The notes under the pieces: generated by a model
Database searches by the model: none
What the model saw: the letters and a program-made list of their open reading frames with translations, nothing else
Told to the model about the DNA's origin: nothing
Translations under genes and position numbers: made by a program
NCBI GenBank assembly: GCA_963745035.1
Contig: CAVUVW010000027.1
Coordinates: forward strand, 1-64,000
DNA from: an uncultured delta proteobacterium
GTDB lineage: Bacteria > Desulfobacterota > Binatia > UBA9968
DNA: 64,000 nt
Direction of reading: 5' to 3'
In this document: piece after piece, positions 52,523 through 62,712 of the stretch
Numbering within the stretch: the stretch's first letter is position 1
Layout: each line of letters begins with the position of its first letter

Positions 52523-52994
52523 ATACGCGCTCCAGAATTTGCTCTACAACTTCCTTTAGCGGCGCCGATGTGTCTATCTCATACGATGCACCACGACGTA
52601 ACAGTGGCTCGACCTCGTCCATATTCCGAATCACTTCTTCGCGCTCCGCAGCGGTCTTACCATAAGGATTATTGGTCCGGGTGGATAATCGGTTAAGAAT
52701 GACGTCCCGAGGTGCACTCAGGAGGACAACATCTGTAAGTTGGGAGTAGAATTTGACCTGATTTTCGGCACATCCGCTGATGAATAGCGGGAGTGCTCCG
52801 GCATTGCTCAAGGCTTTCTCAACTAAATCCTCACACCAAACCTGGTTCCCAGCTGAGTCCCGATAGGAATGCGCCGGATCGTCCATGTCAATGGCACGAA
52901 AGCCCCTTTTCCGAAGCTCTTCGACGACACTCGATTTGCCGGTCGCAGACATCCCGGTGAGCAGGACCCTGGGGGCTTTCATTGGCTCGTTCAT
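52512..52994 (-). CDS. P-loop small-molecule kinase-like (AAA_18-type) protein, integron cassette gene
   Basis: LTGMSATGKS Walker A, R..R.NNPYGK; bounded by GTTAGGC and attC. Confidence 0.85.
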   Translation of the reverse strand: MNEPMKAPRVLLTGMSATGKSSVVEELRKRGFRAIDMDDPAHSYRDSAGNQVWCEDLVEKALSNAGALPLFISGCAENQVKFYSQLTDVVLLSAPRDVILNRLSTRTNNPYGKTAAEREEVIRNMDEVEPLLRRGASYEIDTSAPLKEVVEQILERVCLT

Positions 52995-53292
52995 GTATGC
53001 CTAACTATTAAGTGAGGCGCTGTAGGCGCCGAAAATGCGGGTCGGCTTATCTCCGGCGGCGGCTGACAGTACAATCTAAAATTTGCTGCAATATCCATCC
53101 GCTACCCCATCCTGTCAAGGTCAGCATTACCGAAAAAAGCAGACCGGAGCGGCGGGTTGTTTGCCTGCGTCGACAAGTAGATCCTTCGGCATCGCCTCAG
53201 GATGACATTGGGGCCCTCTAAGTATTGAGCTTTACGCCCTTGCCCGGCAGGAAGGTTCCGTCGTAAAGAAAGATAGGGGACGAGGGACGATT

Positions 53293-54451
53293 ATGAAATT
53301 CTCGATCTTCATGATGCCGCTGCATCATCCGACGGAGAACCCGTCGTTGGCGTTTCGATCGCGACATCGAGTTGATTCATTACGCCGAGGAGTTGGGCTT
53401 TGACGAGTTTTTTATCGGCGAGCACCACTCCGGCGGCTGGGAAACCATGCCGGCGCCGGAGATGGCGCTGGCCAAAGCCTCGGCGCGGGCGCATCGCATT
53501 CGCCTCGGCACTTCCGTCATCAGCGTGCCGTTTCACCATCCGTTTCACGTCGCCGAGCGTATGGCATTTCTGGACCACCTGACGCATGGTCGAGCCATTC
53601 TCGGCGTCGGTCCTTGCGCTTTGGTTACGGATAAGAATCTCTTCGGATTGGCGACCGAAAAGCTATACCCGATGATGGCCGAATCCGTGGACATCATCGT
53701 GCGCCTGCTCGAGTCGCCGGAGCCGGTCGATTACGACGGGCAATTCTGGAAAATTAAACAAATGCGCCTGCAACTGCGCTCCTACCAGCAGCCGCGCATG
53801 CCACTCGCCATCGCGTCATCGGGAAATCGGGTCAGCATCGAACTCGCCGGGAAGTACGGCATGCTGTTCTTGTCGCCGGCGGGGAAAAATATACGGAACA
53901 ATCAATCCAAAGCCGAGCAGTGGAAGGCGGTCGAAGCGACCGCCGCAAAGCACGGCATGCAAACTTCTCGCGACAACTGGCGCATCGCTACTTGCGTGTA
54001 CCTCGCCGAGAGCCGGGAAGAAGCGTGGCGCGACGTCGAAGCGAGCATCGATCGCGACAAGGAGTATTTTTTTTCCATCGGCTTGAAGGCGCCTTACGAA
54101 GCTTATCCGGGGCAGCCGGCGCATGAAATCACGGCGCGTTCGGGCGCCGACCGCCGCGATTGGATCATCGGCACGCCCGACGACGCTATTGCTCAGATCG
54201 AGCGCATGCAGGCGGAAACCGGCGGTTTCGGTGGCTTGATGGTGACCACGCACGAATGGACTTCAACCGATAAGCTGCGCCGATCCTATGAACTATTCGC
54301 GCGCTATGTGATGCCACATTTTCGCGGCCACACCGACGGCTATCGCGACCAATGGCGGCGTATTCAGGAAGCTGTCAATAATGGTGGGAATGTAAGTGAG
54401 AGCGCCGGCAAGTCGGGCAACGCTACTCTTAAAGAGGGTGCGCGATCATGA
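53293..54451 (+). CDS. LLM class flavin-dependent oxidoreductase (frameshift near 53355)
   Basis: GFDEFFIGEHHSGGWE, PFHVAERMAFLDHL, YELFARYVMPHF. Confidence 0.9.
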
Positions 54452-54517
54452 AAGACGAACAGCGCTGTGCGCGCGGTAAGTGAGCCCGCCGGTCAGCCGG
54501 GAAACCATTGCAGGGGA

Positions 54518-54871
54518 TCACTCGCGTTGAGGCATAAGTTTATAGATCTCGTCTGCCGCAAGCCTGCGTTTCGCGGTGGCGCGTGCTATCTCCGCCCTTT
54601 TCTCGGTGAGATAAACCAGATGCTCGACCTCGGCGACGTCTTTTTCCGTCGCCCATAGACGCTCGGCCTTTTCCATAGTCAATCTAGTCTGGTCCAGAGC
54701 CACCGCTGCGCGCCCGACAACATTGGGATCCTGTCGGGCGCGTTCATAGGCGTTGCGCGCGCGGTCCAAAGCCGGATTTCGCGCCGTTACGCATCCGACG
54801 AAAAAAAATGCCAGTAGCGCGAGGGACGCAAGGCTCGCTCGGCAGCGATCCGGCAAGGTATCCAACCTCAT
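54518..54871 (-). CDS. DUF4398-like lipoprotein
   Basis: Lipobox FVGC; alanine-rich helices; VEHLVYL. Confidence 0.7.
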   Translation of the reverse strand: MRLDTLPDRCRASLASLALLAFFFVGCVTARNPALDRARNAYERARQDPNVVGRAAVALDQTRLTMEKAERLWATEKDVAEVEHLVYLTEKRAEIARATAKRRLAADEIYKLMPQRE

Positions 54872-54874
54872 GGG

Positions 54875-55310
54875 TCACTCCTTGGCAGTGGTCCTGGTCG
54901 GGCTGCGCTCCATTTCCTGTCGCAGCGCGTCGATCGTTCGCCGCAGGCGATCCGCGGCTTGGTACGTAATCTCCGCGTCGGCTTTGGCTTCCGCCAGCTC
55001 GGCTTCCACTTCCGCCGTTTCCGCCAGCCGGCGGGCTTCGTCGTATCTGCCCGCGGCCATGGCTTTCTTCGAGCTTTCCAGCTTTTCGCGCGCGCGCTGA
55101 AGGTCCATGGGCGCCAACTCGTCGGCCCGCGCCTCGGCAGCCGTGCGCAACTGGACCTCCGCCCGCGCCAAAATGTCGGTCGGCGGTTTGGCGGTGGCGC
55201 AGCCGCCGGCGAGGAAGGCGACCATCAAGAACAAACAGGCAGCGGTCGCCGCCCGCGCGAGCGCGGGGCGCCGCATCCCGCTACGTTTCGGATCGAAGAT
55301 TTTTCTCATG
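54875..55310 (-). CDS. DUF4398-like lipoprotein (start uncertain)
   Basis: Lipobox AGGC; ELAP.DL..AREKL, ARRLAE.AE..AELA. Confidence 0.75.
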
Positions 55311-55452
55311 ATTTTTCCCTCGCTCGGGACTCTCTGCGCGATTTGCCGCTGCCAAAATTGTATAACTCTCAAAGCCAAGTACAAGATGGAAGCGGACATG
55401 CGCCAAGCGGGTGTTTTCGTGCCATCGAGTAACGCGGCCGTCGGACATTACC

Positions 55453-56655
55453 ATGTATTTCTATCGCGTGCCTCTCGCCGTGCCTTATTGGAGCGGCGCC
55501 ACGTATCAACGCGTTCTCCAAGCGCTTCGATCGGGAAGCGTGGTCGAAGGCATCGACCTCGATGATCTGCGATCTCGCATCGTCGAGACGCTCGGCGTCC
55601 GGGACGCGATTCTCTGCTCGTCGGGAAGCCTGGCGCTCGAGCTGGCGCTGCGCTGGTGCGGCGTAGGGACGGGCGACGAGGTGGTGATCCCAACGTTTTG
55701 TTGCAGCACGGTGGTCCCGCCGATCCTTGCAGTCGGCGCCCAGCCGGTCTTGGCCGACGTAGGCGAAGAGCTTAATCTTACCGCTGACACAGTCGGCGCG
55801 GCGCTCACGCGGCGCACCCGCGCCGTCATCGTGCCCCATCTGTTCGGCAATCCCGCCGAAATCGCCGCGATTGCCGGCCTCATCCGAGACAAAAATATCC
55901 GCCTCATCGACGACGCGGCCCAGGCGCTCGGCGCCAATCTTCATGGACAGCCGCTCGGTAGCTTCGGCGATATCGGGATTTTGAGCTTCGGCGCCGAGAA
56001 GGTCTGCTTCGGCGTGGGCGGGGGCGCGGTGGTTTCGCGGCGCGAAGATTTTTCGCAGGTGCGCGCTCAACCGGCGTTGCAGCGGCCGCGAGCTGCTGCC
56101 GCGCTCGGCGTCTTTGCGTCAACCCTGTTCTGGCGCCGCTGGCGGCGCTTCACGGTGCCGCTGCAAACCGTGATTGCGCGCAAGCGCGGCCGAGACCCCG
56201 CGGCACCGCCGCGCGGCTATCAAAGCCAAGGCATGGCCAATTTGCAGGCGGCGATCGCGTGCAGCTTGATGGAAACCCTGGCCGAAAATATCGCGGCGCG
56301 CCGGACGCGCGCGGACGCCTATCGGCGATTCTTGGCGGGCACGGCCGGCGTCGAATTGATCCCGCACCGGCCCGGCTCGGCTTGCTTGACACAAGTCATC
56401 CGCTGTCTACCTCCCGCCGGCGGGCGCGATGCGGCCGCCGAAGTGATCGCGGCGCTCGGCCGGCGCGGCTATGAAATCCAGGGCAGCTACGTGCCGATTC
56501 ACCTGCTGCACAACTTTTTCATGTGCGTCTGGGACCGTCTGCCGCATGCCGATCGGATCTGGAACGATCTCGTCGAGTTACCGTGCGAGCCCGGGGTGCC
56601 TCTCGCGTACGTCGAAAAGATCGCCGCCGTCGTCAAGGAGACGATCCATCGCTAG
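55453..56655 (+). CDS. DegT/DnrJ/EryC1/StrS PLP-dependent aminotransferase family
   Basis: GDEVVIP, PHLFGNP, DDAAQALG, SFGAEK (PLP Lys). Confidence 0.9.
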   Translation: MYFYRVPLAVPYWSGATYQRVLQALRSGSVVEGIDLDDLRSRIVETLGVRDAILCSSGSLALELALRWCGVGTGDEVVIPTFCCSTVVPPILAVGAQPVLADVGEELNLTADTVGAALTRRTRAVIVPHLFGNPAEIAAIAGLIRDKNIRLIDDAAQALGANLHGQPLGSFGDIGILSFGAEKVCFGVGGGAVVSRREDFSQVRAQPALQRPRAAAALGVFASTLFWRRWRRFTVPLQTVIARKRGRDPAAPPRGYQSQGMANLQAAIACSLMETLAENIAARRTRADAYRRFLAGTAGVELIPHRPGSACLTQVIRCLPPAGGRDAAAEVIAALGRRGYEIQGSYVPIHLLHNFFMCVWDRLPHADRIWNDLVELPCEPGVPLAYVEKIAAVVKETIHR

Positions 56656-56733
56656 CCAAGCGTTCGAATTTTCTCGTGCTCTGCTGTCCGGCCGCTCGCG
56701 GGCTCTTTGCTCCTCGACTGGAAGCGGAATTGT

Positions 56734-59331
56734 ATGATAACCAGCAGGAAGATGATCGCTTGCACGAGCCGTCATTTTTACCTTTGCGCGCTTCTTGCCG
56801 TGGTCTTGTTCTCGTCGTGCAGCTCCGCGCGCACCAGCTCGCGATATATTCGGTTGATCGCCTCGGTGGCCTCGGACGGGTTTACCAACTTCGAAACCGA
56901 GCCGGTGCGGCCGTTGGCCCTCTCGCCGGACGGTCATTTCCTTTACGCCCTCAACACGGCCGACGACCGCTTGGAAATCTTCGATACGCGCGGCGCGGAA
57001 CTGCGCTCGATCGGCGAAACCGCAGTCGGCCTACGGCCGGTGGCGATTGCCCTGCGCGGCAATCAGGCGTGGGTGGTCAATCATCTCTCCGATTCGGTCA
57101 GCGTGATCGATGTCAGCGAGCCGAGCCGGCCGCGCGTCGTGCGCACCCTGCAAGTGGGCGATGAGCCGCGCGGCATCGTGGTGGCGGGGCCGGGCCGCGA
57201 TCGGGTATTCGTCGCCAGCGCGTATCGCGGCGAAACCCTTACGCCCGGCATCGGCCGCGCGCAGGTGTGGATTTTCGAGGCGGCACGGCTCGACGCGGCG
57301 CCGAAGGTGCTGACTCTATTCGGCAGCAAGCCGCGGGCGCTGGCCGCCTCCGACGACGGACGCAAGGTTTACGCCGCCGTATATCTCTCGGGCAACGGCA
57401 CAACGACGGTCTCGGGCGAAGACGCGGCGCGCTTGGGCCGCGCCGCGCAGTTGTATCTCGACAACGTTCCCTACGGCGCAGTTCCCAAACAGGGACCGAT
57501 CGTGCGCCGGGTCGATGGCCGCTGGCGCGACGATGCGCAGCGCGACTGGAGCGCCGCCATCCCTTTCGATCTGCCCGACTACGACGTGTTCGGGATCGAC
57601 GCGGCCGTGGAGAACCCCACTGTTGTCGAGTCGATCGGCGGGGTCGGCACGGTGCTGTTCAACATGGCGGTGCAGCCCGGCAGTGGCGAAGTCTGGGTGT
57701 CGAACACTGAAGCTTTAAATTTTATTCCCCATGAGCCGCGCCTCCGGGCAAATTTCGCGCAAAATCGGGTGACCCGGATTCTTCCCGACGGGGTGGGTGG
57801 GAAGAATCCGGAAACTAGTTTTGCTGAAAAAGTCCGCGCGGTCGATTTGAACCCGCACATCGATCGTAGCGCCGCCGCCGGTTTGCCGACGGCGCGCGAG
57901 CTGAGCCTGGCGCAGCCGCTGGATCTTGTGTTTCATCCCGACGGCAGCCGGGCCTACGTCGCAGCTTTCGGCTCGCGCAAGGTCGGCGTGCTCGATGGCG
58001 TGGGAAAAGTCATCGACCGCATCGCGGTGGGCTTCGGACCCGGCGGCTTGGCGCTCGATGGGCGGCGCGAGCGGCTCTACGTTTTGAATCATCTCGACGC
58101 GACGATCTCGCTCGTCGACTTGCGGACGCGCCAAGCCTTCGCCACCGCGCGGCTGCGCCACGATCCCACCCCCGGGTTCGTCAAAGCCGGCCGTCCGTTT
58201 CTTTACGACGCCGCGATCAGCTCCAGACACGGCGATCTTTCCTGCGCGAGCTGCCATGTGTTCGGCGACGCCGACGGCTTGGCCTGGGATCTCGGCGACC
58301 CGGCCGGTCCGCGCATCGACTATCCCGTGAAACTCAAAAACTCCGGACTGCTTGAGCCGCGCCAATCGCTTCACCCGCTCAAAGGACCGATGGTGACCCA
58401 GAGCCTGCGCGGCCTCGCCAACGCCGCGCCTTTCCACTGGCGCGGCGACCGCTTCGGCGCTGCCTACGCGCCGGGAGAGGACATCGCGAGCTTCAAGGAT
58501 TTTAATCACGCGTTCGTCGATCTGCTCGGACGCGCGCAACCCATCGCCGACGGCGCGATGGAAGCTTTCGCGCGTTTCGCGCTGACGATCCGCTACCCGC
58601 CGAATCCCCATCAAAGGCTCGACCGGCTCATGGACGCCGAGCAGAAGGCGGGTTTTGAATTTTTCGCCGGACCGTTTCTTTCCGCGTCGGGTGCGGAGAA
58701 CTGCGTCGGATGCCACAGCCTGCCGACTGGAACCAATCAACTGGTCAATTTTGAGCATACTCAAGTGGGGCGCGACATGAAGACCGCCCATCTGCGCAAC
58801 GTCTACGATAAGATCGGACGGTTCAATGTGCCGGGGCCGCAGGTCTCCGGTTTTGGTTTGATTCACGACGGTACCTTCGACACAGTGGCGAACTTCCTGC
58901 GCATGGACGGATTTGTTTTTCCCGGCAAGACCGAAGAAGAGAAGGACCTGATCCGCCGCCAACTGCACCATTACATCATGGCCTTCGATACCGGCATGGC
59001 GCCGGCGGTAGGCTGGCAGCTCACCTTCACCGGTGAGCCGAGTGCCGGCGAGCGCCAACTGCTCCATCTTTTGGAGATTCGATCGGCGGCAGAGGAATGT
59101 GATTTGACGGCGCGCGTCTGGGAAGGGAGAGCGCAGCGCGGTTGGTTGTATCGCGAGTATGCGTATTACGGCGACCGGCGCGACGAAAAGCCGATCGAGA
59201 CGGACGCTTTACTCGGCCGTTATCGTGAGAGCGGAGAACCGATCACCTTTACCTGCGTCCCGCCCGGAGACGGGCGGCGCAGCGCCCTCGATCGCGATCT
59301 TAACGGAGTCTTGGACGGCGACGAGTACTAG
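56734..59331 (+). CDS. Lipoprotein with YVTN beta-propeller and diheme c-type domain
   Basis: FSSC lipobox, propeller repeats, CASCH and CVGCH, PFHWRGDR, terminal DRDLNG.LDGDE. Confidence 0.85.
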   Translation: MITSRKMIACTSRHFYLCALLAVVLFSSCSSARTSSRYIRLIASVASDGFTNFETEPVRPLALSPDGHFLYALNTADDRLEIFDTRGAELRSIGETAVGLRPVAIALRGNQAWVVNHLSDSVSVIDVSEPSRPRVVRTLQVGDEPRGIVVAGPGRDRVFVASAYRGETLTPGIGRAQVWIFEAARLDAAPKVLTLFGSKPRALAASDDGRKVYAAVYLSGNGTTTVSGEDAARLGRAAQLYLDNVPYGAVPKQGPIVRRVDGRWRDDAQRDWSAAIPFDLPDYDVFGIDAAVENPTVVESIGGVGTVLFNMAVQPGSGEVWVSNTEALNFIPHEPRLRANFAQNRVTRILPDGVGGKNPETSFAEKVRAVDLNPHIDRSAAAGLPTARELSLAQPLDLVFHPDGSRAYVAAFGSRKVGVLDGVGKVIDRIAVGFGPGGLALDGRRERLYVLNHLDATISLVDLRTRQAFATARLRHDPTPGFVKAGRPFLYDAAISSRHGDLSCASCHVFGDADGLAWDLGDPAGPRIDYPVKLKNSGLLEPRQSLHPLKGPMVTQSLRGLANAAPFHWRGDRFGAAYAPGEDIASFKDFNHAFVDLLGRAQPIADGAMEAFARFALTIRYPPNPHQRLDRLMDAEQKAGFEFFAGPFLSASGAENCVGCHSLPTGTNQLVNFEHTQVGRDMKTAHLRNVYDKIGRFNVPGPQVSGFGLIHDGTFDTVANFLRMDGFVFPGKTEEEKDLIRRQLHHYIMAFDTGMAPAVGWQLTFTGEPSAGERQLLHLLEIRSAAEECDLTARVWEGRAQRGWLYREYAYYGDRRDEKPIETDALLGRYRESGEPITFTCVPPGDGRRSALDRDLNGVLDGDEY

Positions 59332-59370
59332 TGGGGCAGAGCCGCAAGCAAGAAGTGAAAAGGATGATTT

Positions 59371-59455
59371 CACCGCAGAGACACAGAGCTCGCAGAGTTC
59401 GGAATAGTTGCTAATGACAAACTCTTATCTCGGCGTACTCTGCGCCTCCGCGGTG
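59371..59455. repeat. Intergenic inverted repeat
   Basis: CACCGCAGAGACACAGAG ... CTCTGCGCCTCCGCGGTG. Confidence 0.65.
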
Positions 59456-60601
59456 CGTTCTCTTCCGTATCACGGTTTGCTGCTGACGCTGCTTTGGCTG
59501 CCGGCATGCGCGGGGCTGCCGGCGCGCGGCAGCTTGGACGGGCAGGCGATCGAAACCCGGGTCGATTCTGAAATCGCGCGCTATTTTTTGGCGAGCTATC
59601 TCGGCGGTAAGAGAAGCGCGCCCGAGCTCGATGAGCGCATCGATGGACTCTATCGAAACAGCTCCGGCGTGCTCCCGGATCGCGCTGAGCTCAAGCGCTT
59701 GAGCGATGAGTTTTCGCCGGACTTTGCCGCGCTCTATTTCGCCGATCGGCTCGCGCGGTTTTCCGACAATCGCCGGCTGCGTCTGGCCTATGATCGGGCG
59801 CGCGCGCTGGCGCAAAATGATCTGCGCCGATCCGGCGCGCTCCTGGCGGCCATTGCCACCGACTATGAGATCGTGTTCGTGCCTGGCTATCTCTACAAGC
59901 GCCATCGCGTCACCGGCGCCGATCTCGCCGCGCCGCGTGCCGCGCTCCGGAAAGCCGGCCTCGCGCCGGGATTCATCGAAACCAGTGAAGATGGAGCCAT
60001 CGAGGCGAACGCCGAAATTATCGCCGCCGCCGTCCGCGCGCGCACGGACGGCCGCCGACTGATCCTGGTGAGCGTGAGCAAGTCAGGACCCGAGGTCGCT
60101 GCGGCGTTGACGCGTCTGGGCGCCGGCGGGGCAAGCAAAGTCGCCGCATGGGTCAATATCGCCGGCGCCTTGCAGGGCAGCCCGCTGGCGGACGAAAGTA
60201 TCTCGCAATGGGAGGACGTCATCGGCCAAGTCGATATCGCCGGGCTAACAAGCCTGAGCACGGCGCGGAGCCGGCAGCGTTTCGCCAGCTTTCACGTGCC
60301 GCGGCACGTGCTGGTGTTGAACTACATCGGCGTTCCGCTCGCCGCCAGCGTTTCCTGGCTCGGCCGCGGCGGCTATGCGCAGCTTCGCGTGCACGGACCC
60401 AACGACGGCCTGTCGTTGCTGCCCGATCTGATTTATCCGGCGGCGGCGACTCTCGCTGAAATCGGCCGCGACCATTTTCTTCTCGACGATCACACCGACG
60501 CCGCAACCATCGCGCTCGCAATCACCGTGATCCGTTATGTCGAGCTCGGCGGCGGCGCGGAGGTTGCCGCGGAACTCCGGCAGGAGAAAGCAAGACCATG
60601 A
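59453..60601 (+). CDS. Alpha/beta-hydrolase-like lipoprotein (start uncertain)
   Basis: LPAC lipobox, FVPGY, SVSKSG elbow, GSPLAD, NDG, late His. Confidence 0.7.
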   Translation: MRSLPYHGLLLTLLWLPACAGLPARGSLDGQAIETRVDSEIARYFLASYLGGKRSAPELDERIDGLYRNSSGVLPDRAELKRLSDEFSPDFAALYFADRLARFSDNRRLRLAYDRARALAQNDLRRSGALLAAIATDYEIVFVPGYLYKRHRVTGADLAAPRAALRKAGLAPGFIETSEDGAIEANAEIIAAAVRARTDGRRLILVSVSKSGPEVAAALTRLGAGGASKVAAWVNIAGALQGSPLADESISQWEDVIGQVDIAGLTSLSTARSRQRFASFHVPRHVLVLNYIGVPLAASVSWLGRGGYAQLRVHGPNDGLSLLPDLIYPAAATLAEIGRDHFLLDDHTDAATIALAITVIRYVELGGGAEVAAELRQEKARP

Positions 60602-62064
60602 ACGACATTCACATTGTCGATACCACGCTCCGCGACGGGCAATTGAGCCTCTGGGCTTTGGGGATGAGGACCGGCGCGATGCTGGCGATCGCCGAGCAGA
60701 TGGACCAATGCGGTTTTGAATCCATGGAATTTTTCGGCTTTGCCGGCTACATCAAGATGGTTCGCGAGCACAAGGAAAATCCATGGGACTGGATGGCCAT
60801 GGGGGCGAAGAAATTTCACCGCACCCGGCTGCGCTATCACGGCGGGCTCGCCACCGGCTTTGAGAAAATTCCTCGTTCGCTGCGCCTGCTGATGATCGAG
60901 CGGGTGGTCGCTCATGGCATCACCCTCACGCGCTCCTCCGATCCGTGGAACGACTACGAAGCCGCCGCCGTGGAAATCGACGCGCTCAAAAAGCTCGGCA
61001 TGGACGTCGTCATCAACATCATCTATTCGGTTTCGCCGCGCCACACCGACGCTTACTATGCGGAGCGGGCGCGCCAGGCGGCGGCGATCAAGCCCTATCG
61101 TATCTGCTTTAAAGACGTGGGCGGGTTGCTGACGCCCGATCGTGCGCGCGCTCTTATTCCGCTGATCCGACAGAACATCGGCGCCATTCCCCTCGAGTTT
61201 CACGGCCACTGCAACAACGGCTTAGCGCCGTTCAATTATCTGGAGGCGATCAAGCTCGGCGTGAATATTCTCCATACGGCGATTCCGCCGCTTGCCAACG
61301 GCTCCTCGCAGCCGTCGATATTCAATATTGCGTCCAACGCTCGGGCGCTGGGATTTACGCCCCTCGTCGATCTGGACGCGATCAAGCCGGTGGAAAAACA
61401 TTTTACTTACATCGCCAAGCAGGAGGGCCACCCGATCGGCGCGCCGCGCGAGTACGACCACGGGCAGTACCTGCACCAAGTCCCCGGCGGCATGATTTCA
61501 AATCTGCGTTATCAGCTTCGGACCATGGGCATGGAAAATCGTTTGTCGGAGACGCTGGAGGAAGCGGGACGGGTACGCGCCGAATTCGGCTACCCGATCA
61601 TGGTGACGCCGCTGGCCCAGTTTGTCGGCAGCCAGGCGGCGATCAACGTCATCACCGGCGAGCGCTACAAGGAAGTGACCGATCAATCGATCCAGTACGC
61701 GCTCGGACACTGGGGCAAAGAAGCGCCGCTGGTGATGGACGCCGGCGTCCGCGACAAGATCCTCGCTCGGCCGCGAGCGAAGGATTGGCAGCGTTGGTCG
61801 CCGCCCGATCTGTCACTCGCGGAAGTGCGGCAAAAATTCGGCGGCGCCGGCGTCTCCGATGAAGAGCTGGTTTTGCGGGTGATTGCCGGCGAGGCGGCGG
61901 TGCAGGCGATGCTCGCCGCCGGCGCGCCGCGCGAATACCTGAACGCGCGCCAGCCGCTTGTCCGGCTGATCGCGGCCCTCGCCGCTCGCCGCGACTGCAG
62001 CCGCGTATACATCCGCAAAGATGGTTTGCTGCTGCGTATGGAAAGAAATCAGACTGGGTTCTAG
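60598..62064 (+). CDS. Pyruvate carboxylase B / oxaloacetate decarboxylase alpha-like carboxyltransferase without biotin carrier domain
   Basis: DTTLRDGQ, FKDVGG, HGH, HQVPGGMISNL, GYPIMVTP; no AMKM motif. Confidence 0.88.
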   Translation: MNDIHIVDTTLRDGQLSLWALGMRTGAMLAIAEQMDQCGFESMEFFGFAGYIKMVREHKENPWDWMAMGAKKFHRTRLRYHGGLATGFEKIPRSLRLLMIERVVAHGITLTRSSDPWNDYEAAAVEIDALKKLGMDVVINIIYSVSPRHTDAYYAERARQAAAIKPYRICFKDVGGLLTPDRARALIPLIRQNIGAIPLEFHGHCNNGLAPFNYLEAIKLGVNILHTAIPPLANGSSQPSIFNIASNARALGFTPLVDLDAIKPVEKHFTYIAKQEGHPIGAPREYDHGQYLHQVPGGMISNLRYQLRTMGMENRLSETLEEAGRVRAEFGYPIMVTPLAQFVGSQAAINVITGERYKEVTDQSIQYALGHWGKEAPLVMDAGVRDKILARPRAKDWQRWSPPDLSLAEVRQKFGGAGVSDEELVLRVIAGEAAVQAMLAAGAPREYLNARQPLVRLIAALAARRDCSRVYIRKDGLLLRMERNQTGF

Positions 62065-62161
62065 CCCGGATGATTCGTGCGAGGGCGACGCTTGGGCAAT
62101 GGGCCCGTGCGTTTGTTGCGCCACCGAGTTGCCGGCAAAAACGTTTGGATCGGTGATGGAA

Positions 62162-62416
62162 TTACGCTGCTTGACTCACGGCACCGGCGCCCTCTTTCGG
62201 TGCCATTGCCGCGGCCCGCCGCCGCAGAACGTTTTGGCGCACGGCATCCGGATTCAATCCGATCTGATCGCAAATCCAGATGAGGCTGCCGAGAGCATTG
62301 TTTTTCGAGCATAGCCAGGCGCGCGCCGGCTTGGCGAGATGGTCCGGTCCGGAGAGATCCTGCATCGCCAAGCTGAGCACCGACATCCACAGAGTTTGTT
62401 CCGGTTCGTTCATCAT
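62162..62416 (-). CDS. Small hypothetical protein
   Basis: GAGG RBS; PE..LW..VL..A..D...A..W...IC..IGL.P..VR pattern. Confidence 0.55.
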   Translation of the reverse strand: MMNEPEQTLWMSVLSLAMQDLSGPDHLAKPARAWLCSKNNALGSLIWICDQIGLNPDAVRQNVLRRRAAAMAPKEGAGAVSQAA

Positions 62417-62423
62417 AATCTGA

Positions 62424-62663
62424 TTACCTCGATTTCGCGGCTTGATCGTTTTCGAGTTCCAGCGCACCGACAGCCATGCTGCCCAGTTTAGAGTTCGTCG
62501 CCGCCGAAGCATTGCCCCGGAGGATGAGCCACTTCAACGAGTGGTCGCATTTGCGGCAGATAGCGTTGATCGCGCTCATTGTCGGGCTGTATTTCAGAAA
62601 CATGGTCACCATTCTGGCGCGGCACTTGGGACATTGGCGGTTTTTGAGATACTTGAGCCTCAT
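62424..62663 (-). CDS. Small zinc-ribbon-like protein
   Basis: CPKC...CRKC; downstream of a sigma-54 promoter. Confidence 0.55.
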   Translation of the reverse strand: MRLKYLKNRQCPKCRARMVTMFLKYSPTMSAINAICRKCDHSLKWLILRGNASAATNSKLGSMAVGALELENDQAAKSR

Positions 62664-62696
62664 ATTCGATGACGATCTTACGGTGCAATCCCTTTG

Positions 62697-62712
62697 AGCA
62701 ACCAACATGCCA
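62697..62712 (-). promoter_or_regulatory. sigma-54 (-24/-12) promoter
   Basis: Minus strand TGGCATGTTGGTTGCT, GG-N10-GC. Confidence 0.7.
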
